Positions 13,102 to 24,035 of a stretch of 64,000 bases of DNA are shown here, piece by piece (within the stretch, counting starts at the first letter, position 1; each line of letters begins with the position of its first letter). A program made the translations under genes and the position numbers. The stretch lies in assembly GCA_028020825.1 (NCBI GenBank), contig CM051622.1, forward strand, positions 17,888,261 to 17,952,260, given 5' to 3'. A model generated the notes under the pieces. The model was not told the DNA's origin, ran no database searches, and was given only the letters and a program-made list of their open reading frames with translations. This DNA comes from Podargus strigoides (taxonomy: Eukaryota).

Positions 13102-14143
13102 GTAAAATAAAATAAAATTAGCGATGTGTGTTGATACATCTGTGTTGATATTTCTGTAAATTGAAATAAACCAAACCAAACCAACCAAACCCACACTTCC
13201 CAATCTTTTTCAGTGACTTCTGAAGACACCTCTCATTATTTTAACAATGTAGTAGAAGATGAAATTATTCTTTCTTCATTTTCTGTGTTCTGTTTGTAGC
13301 GTACACCTACAGTCCAGGTCCCTAACACATGCAAAGCTCCTAGCAGCTCATCAGGCATTAGTGTTGCTCAAGCTTTATGATTTTCTGATCAGAGCTCTGT
13401 TGTTCATCACAATTGTTTTTATTTCTTGGTTCACACAAGTTTTTGCAGTCCAGTTCAATTCATTGTCTTCAGAAGTGCTGAACATCTTTCTCTTGTGAAA
13501 ATTCTTAGGAGAGCTGAAAATCAAGATAACTGAGACTGCTCTTAGCAGATAGGGAAAAGGTATTGTTACAACTGTTTCTAATTTTTGAGCAAAAGGAACA
13601 AAACCAGCTCCAGCAGTCTCATATCTATTAACAAGATGTAGCTTTCACTTTTAGAGACTGTTGTTCTGTCATGAGGTAGGTATTTGTTACTCTGTAGGAA
13701 TGTAGTAGAAGTTACACTTGGTATAGAAGTCTTGATGCTGAAGGGTATGACTACATGTACATATCCTAAGGTGAAAGTAAGGAATAAGGGAGGAATTAGC
13801 CTCAGACAGCACAGGTACCTGACAAAGCTATTAATAAATTAACATGTAACCAGGCAATGAAAATACATTTATTGTGTTGCTTCCATAGCTTTTTCTAAAG
13901 AATGAAGATTGAAATCTAGTCTTCAGGTTCACACTAGACATCCTGACCTGTTAGTGCAGCAGCTTGTCTGGGTGGGATTTAATTTCTCAAAACTTTTTTT
14001 GTTGTTATTTTGCTGCTGAATAATAGATTTATCTTCTTATAGTTGTTCTTACTATAGTCGTTCTTACACAGTGTGATGTTGCAGCCTATTCCAGTACAGT
14101 ATTTACTGGGCCTATATGATTTTAATTACTCTTTCCATTCCAG

Positions 14144-14222
14144 ATTTTACAGTGAAAATGATCAAGATATTCCTTTTTTCCCCCAAGATTTTGAAGTTGC
14201 AAAATACAGTGTCCTTGAAAAA
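14144..14222 (+). CDS. PARP4: PARP4 exon 5. Product RFYSENDQDIPFFPQDFEVAKYSVLEK
   Basis: Acceptor cattccag|. An in-frame alternative acceptor ttttacag| lies 9 nt downstream at 14153. Donor AAG|gtaagc. The PQDFEVAKY motif is conserved in human PARP4. Confidence 0.7.
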
Positions 14223-14780
14223 GTAAGCCTTTCTGTTATTGTGAAAGAATGCAGGAGGATCAGTAGATGAATAAAAGTTTTACAGTTTTGTACACATCAG
14301 CAGTAACTCTTCTATATTACCACAGTGCAAAGAGGAGTATTGAAAAGTACTTTAATGTTTTCTGTCTTTCAGTGCAGCCTAATTCTACCCAGATAAAACG
14401 TTTCTATTATCACTGTAGTGTTCTCATCAAAGTTTCACAGTAGAATAATGTGTTTGTGTCTGTCAGGATGTATGTTATCATGGCTGTTTGTGTTGCATCT
14501 AATTTAAATTTTAAACTTTTTAAATTGATAATCTTGCAAAGCACAAAAATGATGGAAATGTACAAAGTCAGTACAGTGAAGCCCTGAGAGGAGCTTCTGC
14601 TTGTTACTGTGATACAAGTAATGAATAATTCTGCTTCTTTTCTTAGCCAGTCATAGTGTGTGGTTCTAAATGGGGTGATAAAATAAGTAGGACAAGGGAA
14701 AGTGCTTGGTGCAATATCATGTGGATGAAACATACTTAAGCAATACATCGGGGGTTGGGGGACTTTATCTCTCCATTTAG

Positions 14781-14894
14781 GTTAACTCCAAGGAAAGCAA
14801 AGATTTTGTAGTTGTTGAATTACAGTGTGCCCAAGAGCATTACAAGTTTCTGTTTCGACTATATGCACACTTCAGTGCATCAAATGGAAGAAAG
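14781..14894 (+). CDS. PARP4: PARP4 exon 6. Product VNSKESKDFVVVELQCAQEHYKFLFRLYAHFSASNGRK
   Basis: Acceptor ctccatttag| and donor AAG|gtatga. Both ends are at phase 0. Confidence 0.75.
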
Positions 14895-15616
14895 GTATGA
14901 ACCACTCATTGACATTACTTGTTTGTTTCTTTATGCACACTGAACGTACCAGTTCCACAGAGCTCCAGATGCTTTTCATTCTTATTTACAGGCTAATCCT
15001 TAGATATAGATAATAGGAGGTCATTCTGCTAAGTTTTATCATAAAAAGTTTGATTTATAGTTGGCTTCTCTACTCTGTGTATTCGCTTACAGCTTGGTCA
15101 AAATAACTGTTCTGGGACTTGGCAGCAGCACAGCATGGTCCTGCATGCACCTGCCTCATACTCACATATATTTTCCTGGCAATATCTAAACATGTTTACA
15201 TGCTGAAAATGCTATAGTTAGTAATATTCTGGACATACTGTTGAGAGACAGAAAAGCTTGTCTTGAAGGCAGCCTAAATGTATTTCTCAGCATACAAGTT
15301 ATGGATGCATTGTAGCAACCTTAAATTCAAGTCAAAGGAGATGTATCGGATGAATTTTGAATAGTTAATTGATGTAACAAGTTATCCCAGCGCACATTTA
15401 GATGAACCTATCTTGTCACTGTGGAATTTGTATCCGGAGCCCTGTGTTTGTTCTTCGTATCCCATGACCCCTCATGAAAGCACTGCCTTGCTGGAAGCCT
15501 GTGTAATCACAACCCAGAAGTGTGGATTGTCAGCTGTTAGAGCAGTGTCTGGTAAAATTGATTGCTTTAAGTCTGTCTATAGTTTCTTTGACTGACTTTA
15601 CTGTTTCAATTTACAG

Positions 15617-15763
15617 AATAATGAACAATTCGTAACTAATACTGCTGAAGAAGTCAGAGAAAAGTATGAGACTTTTATTGCAGACCTGAAGAGCCAGGAT
15701 TTCCTGCTCAGAGATACTTTTCCACGAGAAGTAGAATCTTTAGCTTCTACAAAATTGCAAAAG
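15617..15763 (+). CDS. PARP4: PARP4 exon 7. Product NNEQFVTNTAEEVREKYETFIADLKSQDFLLRDTFPREVESLASTKLQK. The 3' end is set by frame, so a GC donor (AAG|gcttgt) is implied
   Basis: Acceptor caatttacag|. The next exon (17109) must be entered at phase 0, and no in-frame GT donor is available before the stop codon. Confidence 0.65.
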
Positions 15764-17108
15764 GCTTGTACAACTTGCATGTTTACGTTTTTCTGTCCTT
15801 AATGATTTGTTTTAGTTTCCACTTTTCTGAATGTGGTTAACATTGTCTAGATTACAGTGATATAACCAAAGGTTAAAGGAAACTGTTTATATGTTAACGT
15901 TTTGAAATTAATTTTTTTTCCAGAATATTGAGTGAATGTTCCAAGTACTTAAACATGTTAAAAGCAAATGTAGTCATATTCATTATAGGTGATTTTTTTT
16001 TCTCTGCAGATGCATTATCAACTAATGTCATACCTAAAAAGTGATGTGCTAACATAGCAAGTAGAACTGTTGTGTGATATTTGAGTTTGTCAGAATTGTT
16101 CTGCACACTCTACAGATGTCACAGGCTCGATGTCAATCGTATTGGAATCAGTAACAGGACTCCCCTCAATGGCAATAGCAGTTGGATTCTGCTCCCTAAA
16201 ATACTCTTCAGACAGTGTTTTACTGCTGTTTAAAATGGTTGTAGTGTGACAGATTGTTTTTCGCGTTTACTTTCTCACTGTACTTCATCTGCTTCTCTTT
16301 TCCACCATGGTTAGCTTCTGTTATAGAGCACAACTGGCACATAGATTATATCCAGCAGTGCTAAAAGGCTCACACATGTCCACTGGTGATCTCAGAAGCC
16401 GTGTGGCTGATGCCATATAAACAAGTAACGTAGAATATCCAGACTTGTGTGAGAATTGTTTAATGGCATCAAGTTTAATGGCAGCTTCTGGAGTTGTAGA
16501 ACAGTGAGAAAAAGCTCTGGTAAATGCTTCAACAATGTTCCTCAGAAAATCATGAGAAAGTCTGTTTTCACAACTTCTCGATGTATGAATTGCACAGATT
16601 TTCTTGTCCTCTCTGTTCTCCTGTAGTTTTGTTGCTCCACTTTTTTATTTTCACAGAAATAATGTATTTCCCATGAGAGCTTTCTGAACTAGAGATCTAG
16701 TCTCATCGGTTAGAGATATTATAAAACATTAGCCATTTTGAACCAGCTGTGCAAAAAAAAAGAAATGGCTGAGGTCTGCAGCCTATTATGTCCGTGTACT
16801 TGATAATACAATGTACTGATAAAGATATCATGCAAATTGACTTCTGTCTTCTCCAAGACTTTATGTCTCAGTTTTCAAGAGAGGTCTTGGCCATCTGGCC
16901 TGCCATGCTCTCCACTTGAAAGAATTTATAAAAGCAAACCTTCCCTTTAGTTTGACAGGACTGAAGAAATTATCCTAAGCATGAATGAGCATTGTGCACT
17001 GTATTGTTTATGGGAATAGGAAAGTTCAATTATCTGTGTGAGAACTTCACTGCCATGACTTGCACCTTTGTCTTTTCGCTGAATTGTGAATTGTTTGGTT
17101 TACTACAG

Positions 17109-17246
17109 TTACTTCTAGAAGAAGCCATCCATTCAAGTGCTATATGTCAGGAAGTTAGTGATTTTGTGGAATTGATCTGGGCAGAAGCTATTGGCCACTT
17201 GGATAGTTTACTACTTGAATCAGTAAACAACATAAGCCTAAATGAT
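17109..17246 (+). CDS. PARP4: PARP4 exon 8. Product LLLEEAIHSSAICQEVSDFVELIWAEAIGHLDSLLLESVNNISLND
   Basis: Acceptor tttactacag| and donor GAT|gtaagt. Matches human LLLEEVMNSSTLSQEVSDLVEMIWAEALGHLEHMLL. Confidence 0.85.
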
Positions 17247-18621
17247 GTAAGTTAATTCTTGTTACTCTATGAGGATGAATACGTAAATGCTGTTAGAAGT
17301 ATTTTTTTTTCCCAGCAAACATGTATGTTGTATTTCAGATTGGGATTGTTAATTATACTTTTCATACTCCTGCACTCTAACAAATCCATGCTTCAGAAAT
17401 TTTTATCTCAAATTCTGCTTTAGAATCCTAACACTAAAAACATGCTGTACTCCCTCCTGCAGATGGCTATCTTTTCTATTTTATAGCAATTTACACAATT
17501 CTTATGGGAGGATTCCTTCCATGCGATAAGTCAAGTAAGAAGATAGTCATAGCAGACAGTGCATAGTACCAGGTTACTGCCTCCTGCCAGTATGTTTGAA
17601 CCATACTTCAGTCAGACATTCTCTTGTAATGGAAAAATAGTTTTAATTATAATGTTCAATCATTCATAGCTTTTGCAAGAGCTGAACCATAGACCTAAAA
17701 GGTTCTGTATCTCAATGTATCGATCTGTAAGAATATGGTCAAAGTGTTTTCAGTAACTCTTCCCATTTATAATTCATTTGCAAGAGAAATAGCATTTGTA
17801 CTGAAAGAAAAAAAGGTCTCTGGATTTTGGAAACACAATAATTAAGAAGTGGGTTGCTGTTCAGTTAGATTAACCCTCCATTTTTTTCCCAAAGGCACTT
17901 GTGAGACAAAGACCAGCCTTGGATCAATACTGAACTGCAGTAAGACATTGCTATGCAGCCTCTAATGTCAGCATTGTACTAGCTGTTGCCTGTGGTTCAT
18001 GTAAATTAAAAGGCATTTTGCCTTTTTACTCCTGCCTTGAGAGGACAAAATATTGTAGAGTAGTCTGTAAAAAATTTTCCAGTTGAAAAGGAATATACAG
18101 ATACAAACAAATCTATATCCTGTCTGTCTGGACAAACTGTCTAAAATTAATCATTACTTTCATTTCATCTGTAGGTTGTACTTTTAAACAGGACTTCTCT
18201 GCTTTGTGTATTTTAGGATGAACTAGTGTACTTAGACATTTAGTAAGAAATTTATTATCCTCTACGTTCTGTTATTTCATCAGTGCATTAAAGCTGACAA
18301 TATGAATCAACAAGGTGTTAAGGCACATTATCTTTCAGTCTGGTTCATATTCCATTTTATTTCAAGGAGGTTATTTTACTGTATCTTACCTCTTCTTGAG
18401 GTACTTTGCAAGTAGCCCAGTATAAGGGCAGAATAATATCTGACTCTTAAATACTGTTTTCATATCCTGGCTGCAAGAAAATACCTTATGGATATTGCAG
18501 TAACAAGAGTTAGAGTTTTATTTCAGTCTGGAATTAAATGATCCATTTTCTGTATTTATTGCTTTGTGCTTTTTCTGCAATTTTGCAATAGCTTTCAGTT
18601 TAATAATCTCTTCTTTTAAAG

Positions 18622-18792
18622 GTGAGCAAAGCAGAAGGTATTTTACTCCAAGTAAAGAACACACTGGATGAGGGAGCTGGTGAGGTGGCACTACAAGAGA
18701 TGATGGAATTCTATCAAGTTATACGTCACAAAACTGAAAGAGACTATAAAGTTTCCAAAAAGCTGTTGTCTCGAAAACAGGACCTGTGTCAG
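18622..18792 (+). CDS. PARP4: PARP4 exon 9. Product VSKAEGILLQVKNTLDEGAGEVALQEMMEFYQVIRHKTERDYKVSKKLLSRKQDLCQ
   Basis: Acceptor ttcttttaaag| and donor CAG|gtaact. The human homolog has SKAEGILLLVKAALKNGETAEQLQKMMTEFY...ADLCQ. Confidence 0.85.
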
Positions 18793-20825
18793 GTAACTTT
18801 TCCAGATTGCTAGTAAGCCTTGATCTGCACTATGCTACACCAGTTTTCAACATGCTCGCTAGATAAATTGACAGGATACTTTGCACAGCTAGTCACAGGC
18901 TGTCGGTTTAAAAAAATAATTTACTGGAATCTTATGAATAGAGTAATGCTCATGGAGGGGAATTCAGTGTTTTGAACAGGAACCAGTTGCTGTCCAGATG
19001 GTGTCAAGAGTTTCTGTTGCAATCGTTGTGATGGTGTCTTCAGCTGGATCAAATGAGAATCACAGATCTGTTGTTATCATCCAGCTCACCCTCTCAACAA
19101 CTCCAGCATATACATAATCAGTTTCTATTGATTATCTAAAACTATATACAAAATATATCTAAGCTATTTTAACTATATACAAAGACTGTTCTGTGTACCC
19201 TTTCCTTTCCTGCATATGCAGAAACAGTTTCTAGACTGCTTAAAATTACCAATTTATTTACACGTTGGTCTGTTCCTACATCTACAGCACAAACTGCTTG
19301 GGGAGTTCCCTGGACTGCCTGGATTGTTAGTGCAAGTCAGTCAGCATATCCAGACAGATTACATCTATCAGTTGGTGCAAGCACAGCTGGCCTGCCTAGA
19401 GGAATCTCCAAGGATATCCTTCATAGCTCCCCCTCAGCTTCTGTGTTAATTAGTCAGTTTTAAGCTGGCTAGGAGTTCAGTCAATTGGGAGTTCAGTTAC
19501 TCTGCTGCCAGTCAGTCCACTGTCTCATCTTTGCAGAAACTTGCTGGGAAACTCTCAGCCTGCCGGCAGGATTGCCAACAAAACGTGCTGAGTGCACACA
19601 GATGCAGCCCTTGAACCCAGCAGCAAGGGCTGGGCTGCTCCCTAAGGGTGGGCAGGTGGGGCTGGGGGTGACAGTGAGCAAGACCGCTAGCAGCAGCTCT
19701 AGTCACACGGTGCCCAAATCGGGAGAGCAGAGTAGGTGACAGTGACTGCTGGTGATTGTAGCCAGGGTCAGTTCAGATTGCCTTCTCATTATGGCTTGTC
19801 TGGCAGGTCCAAGATCAAACTGGGAACTCGAGTCCACAGGATCTAGGTCAGAACCAGGGAGGTGGGAAGCTGGATGCAGCCATATTGGCAAGATAGCTCA
19901 GCTGAGAGACCAAGGGCAAGAGCCTAAGCTCACAGGTATCTCTTGAGCAAAGCAGGAATCTGCTCAGTCTTCTCACAGCTCTGTTTCGAGGCTCCACGGC
20001 TGCACTGTCAAAACTGGCCCTGAGCCCAAGCAGCCAGGCCCTCTGGAGAGGCAAGAAGCAGTCAGGGCTCTGACAGCTACATCACTCTTGTAACTACTGA
20101 GCAAACAAATTTCCTCCTTGTATTGAGATTATAATGTAAATTCCCTAGCTTCTGACAGAGATACCTCTTTTGTTAGCAAAGAATATACAGAAGTCCATCT
20201 TCTGTAAGCTACAAAATATGCAGGGGCAAGAGGTAACAAGGCCCCTTACTGTTCTGAAAGAGCAAATGTTGATAGTGCCTTTAAACTTGGAAATCTTTTT
20301 ACAATTAAAACCTTTTTATATTTCTTATACAAAAACATTTTCTATGTCTCATAAAGCTTTCCCATGGCTTAGTGAACTGTACAATCTTTTCAAAGTTAGA
20401 TGTCCTTCTTTCTGCTGCTCTGAGAAAATTACAGGGGTGCATTGTCCTACTGCCCTAGACAAATAGTGACATCAGTGACAGATTCTAACTAGTAAGTATT
20501 GCCTTATAAGCAAAATAAAAATGGTAACCAAGCACAAACACTGGATTATGGAGGTGTTATGAGCAGACTCCATCCAGAGCTTGATTATAGTTGTATGGAA
20601 GCAGTTTAACACTATTTCTCATATACCTTTTCCTTTTGGATTGTTTTTGTGACATTCTACAGCTGTTTGCTCTTGTTCCAAACTGTATCTAACAAGTGGA
20701 AATGTTCTTTTGAGTATTCCATTTCATTGTTACTACACTACAACTTTATATAATTCAGTCTGGTTTGCATGTTTCCTTAATTAAAATGTATTGAGTATTC
20801 ATAAATTTTTCTCTGTGTTTTCTAG

Positions 20826-20986
20826 CTAATCAGAGACATGCTTAATATACGTGAAACAAATATGTCATGCCCAAACCCATCATCTTTGGCCAAATACCAG
20901 GCTCTGAGGTGCAAGATTGAAGCTGTTGACTCAACGAGTTTTGAATTTCTCAATGTTGAAAAACAACTGTTAAAAAACAATTACAA
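20826..20986 (+). CDS. PARP4: PARP4 exon 10. Product LIRDMLNIRETNMSCPNPSSLAKYQALRCKIEAVDSTSFEFLNVEKQLLKNNY(K/N)
   Basis: Acceptor tgttttctag| and donor CAA|gtgagt. It leaves at phase 2. Confidence 0.8.
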
Positions 20987-21165
20987 GTGAGTGTTTAATA
21001 GTTGTGCAATGAATGATTCCTGTAACATTCAAAGTATAATGCACAAAATACCTCTAAAGAGGACTGATTATCAGGTTCTGTTACTGCGCAGTGTTGACTG
21101 CTCTAATGGGATTGCAGAGCTGGCATATTTACCATAACCTATACTAGTAGGAAATATAGGTAAAT

Positions 21166-21188
21166 TTAATAAATAAATAAATAAATAA
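21166..21188. repeat. (AAAT)n microsatellite
   Basis: taataaataaataaataaataa. Confidence 0.9.
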
Positions 21189-23460
21189 TGTATTTTTGGG
21201 GTTTGGTAGGGATTTTTTTTTTTTTTAATTGTGAAAAGCTCTCTATTTATAGGAGCTATTAAAATAAGGTATATGAGGTCTAGGCTTGTTTGCTCTGCTT
21301 CTTATCATCTATTTCCAAGCACTTTATAAAATAACTGGAGATAAACACAGAGTAAAATTTTGAGTTCTGCTGAGTAAACCCGGTAATTTTTTTCTGTGTG
21401 AATAAACTTGATGAGGGTTGGAGGGAATACCTGGTCACCTTTTGATTATGTACAGAGCTTGCTGCCCCTTTCTAGTTAGCTTTTAGTTGTGTGAAAAAGA
21501 TGTATCTCCGGGAAGTGATTCTGCAGATTCGCCTACAATTCTGTTTAATGTTCTTGACATTGGCTTCTAACTGGGCACCCTGTCTCTTGATTATTGAAAT
21601 TTAAAATTGGGTAAATATAGAGAAATTAAAGAGAAAGTGGTTCTAGATATTGAATAATCAATGATTAGATCATTAATACAGGGAAGAACAAAGTGGGCTT
21701 CAATTACAGATATATAGTCACTCCTGAGTTTGTTTTTACTGAGTAAATACGCTGGTAAGCAGCTAAGGTCTAAACCTTAGTACCCAGCAACTACTGATTA
21801 CTACGTGGTTATACCCAAATATATATTGCTCAAGTATGGAAGGAGTAGTGTGCTTGAAACATGCAAACTTGTCTTTGTCTTCAGCAAAGATCAGTAGTTG
21901 ACTTTGACTTGATACTTTGTCTAAATTTTTAAGTAATTTAAAATTAATAGAGCAATAGTTTGTGTGAATCAGTTCCACCTTAGAGTTCTTTGTGATACAA
22001 ACAACTGAATAAAGTTTTGGACTATTTGCTGTTTCCTGAACCCACAGGACTGCTCTTTGTAGATAGCAGTTATCTATGTTAGGACCTATATACTAATTCA
22101 TAAACAAACTAATTATAAGCACAGAATTTTTCCAAAAAACTTTGACCCTACTCTTACACAATAGATAAGCATAATGACATTGCAAGAATTGGAGCATATT
22201 TAGTCCCTTTCTGTCTCTGCATTTGCAATCTTAGTTTTTAATCTAAAAGTAATTTTTAAAAACTGCAACTGCAGTAGAAGCATGCTGAAGGATCAGGGCC
22301 CAAGTAAGGTTCTTAAAAAAAACAAAACAAAACCTTCATATAAAAAAGTTCTTATAGAAGCTTCATATTTTAGCACTTAGGAACTCAAAACTTGAGTGGA
22401 ACTCATTGAATCTTGAAAGCATAAAGGTTTAACTTGTAAATAGATCTTTATGCTTTTACTTTCCAGTAAAGTAAAAGCTTTACTACCTGCTTTCAGTATC
22501 TAAATGTAAAATTGTGATCCTTAAGTCCTCTGCTTGGTTGCTTTATAAATCCAGAGGTTCCTCAGTGTGTGACAGTTAGGAATCCTAGAATCCTAAAGTT
22601 ACCTTCTGGGTATTTCATAGTGTATCACTATCTTTACACCATAAAGCAACTCAGTCCTTAGTCCGGAGTCTGTCATTTGAGGAAGTATATTCTGAGCTTG
22701 TGTACACAGCATACTGCTTAAGCAGAGGGAAGCTGATGAGCCTACTGTTCTCCACACAGACCTTTACACAACAGCTAAGTAGAGCATTCAGCTGGCAAGG
22801 ATAAATGTAAGAAGAGGTAAAGAGAGAATCTGAATCTTTTGTTTTGTGTAATCACAAGACGGGAAGGACATGAATCTTGGTGACAGCTCTGTCCAGTAAC
22901 TACTATATGTAAAATGCATAAATCTTGCTGGAGTTGTGATTGAAACCCAAGTTTTCCTCCTTTCAAGTGTATTTCTTAATTGGGAGTTACTACCTCCAGA
23001 TAGGCTGAAGTTCAGCCTGATGTTTGTAGTTCAGCCAAGATGCTGAGGTCTCTCAGTATTCTCACTAGAAGAATTTTTCGTACAAGATAAATTTGCTAGC
23101 AGTGATTTATATACTTACAGACTCTGGGCTGCATAGAGTTATATGGGGTTTTGTATGTCACATCTTTGAATTTAGATCCCAAAATGTCAAATAAGACTTT
23201 AAGCATGAAAGCGTATTTTCGATTTCTCCCTAAGTGTCTAAATAGGTCTTAAACTTAGTCATTAAGTTTTTAATATCTCTGGTGATTGTTCTCTTATGCT
23301 ATTTTTTTCTTTAATAATTGCCACCCAAATGGCTAACAAAAGAAAAAGTTCGAACGTTGCTTTGAGATTTAGAGTAAGACTTTCTCTTTTAGCAGTGTAT
23401 TGATCTTAAATGCACTTTCTAAGTCATGAGATCTCAAAGATGGTTTCAAATTTCTTGCAG

Positions 23461-23598
23461 TAACTGTCCAGTGAGAATTTTACAAGTGTATAGGGTTGGA
23501 AGAATAAGTGAAACAGCTGAATTTCTGAGCACTCTTGGAAACGTTCGGTCCTTATTCCATGCATCATCTGTGCGCAACTTCATGGGAATTCTTTCTAG
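23461..23598 (+). CDS. PARP4: PARP4 exon 11 (start of PARP catalytic fold). Product NNCPVRILQVYRVGRISETAEFLSTLGNVRSLFHASSVRNFMGILSR
   Basis: Acceptor aatttcttgcag| and donor tag|gtaaaa. It contains H-A-S where PARPs normally have H-G-S. Confidence 0.8.
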
Positions 23599-24035
23599 GT
23601 AAAAGTTTACATTCCCTTTTTTGTGACATTGACTCAGGCTTAACTGTATTCTTAACTATATTTTGACTTTTAAATTTGTTTATTTTTATGAAGCTTTTTT
23701 GCAGTATGTTTAACCTAGTTTTTACTGTTAACATTTATATGAACATCCATATACTTCTACAGACCTCTGGAAGGAAAATCAACCTTTTGTAATGATATAT
23801 TTAATTCCTCTCCAGGTATATTAGACTTGAGATGCAGGTATTTGGATATGATGGTGAGGAGTGTGGTTTAAATCCAGATGAAAGGTGACAAAATGGAGAG
23901 AGTAAGAAAGCAACAACTGTGGAAAATTTATTATGTTTTAGGAAAGAATTGCACTGACAGCGTCCTCCTTCGACTTACGTACATTATTTCCCCATGACTA
24001 CTTTATTTGGCATATTTTTAGATTATCATAATTTC

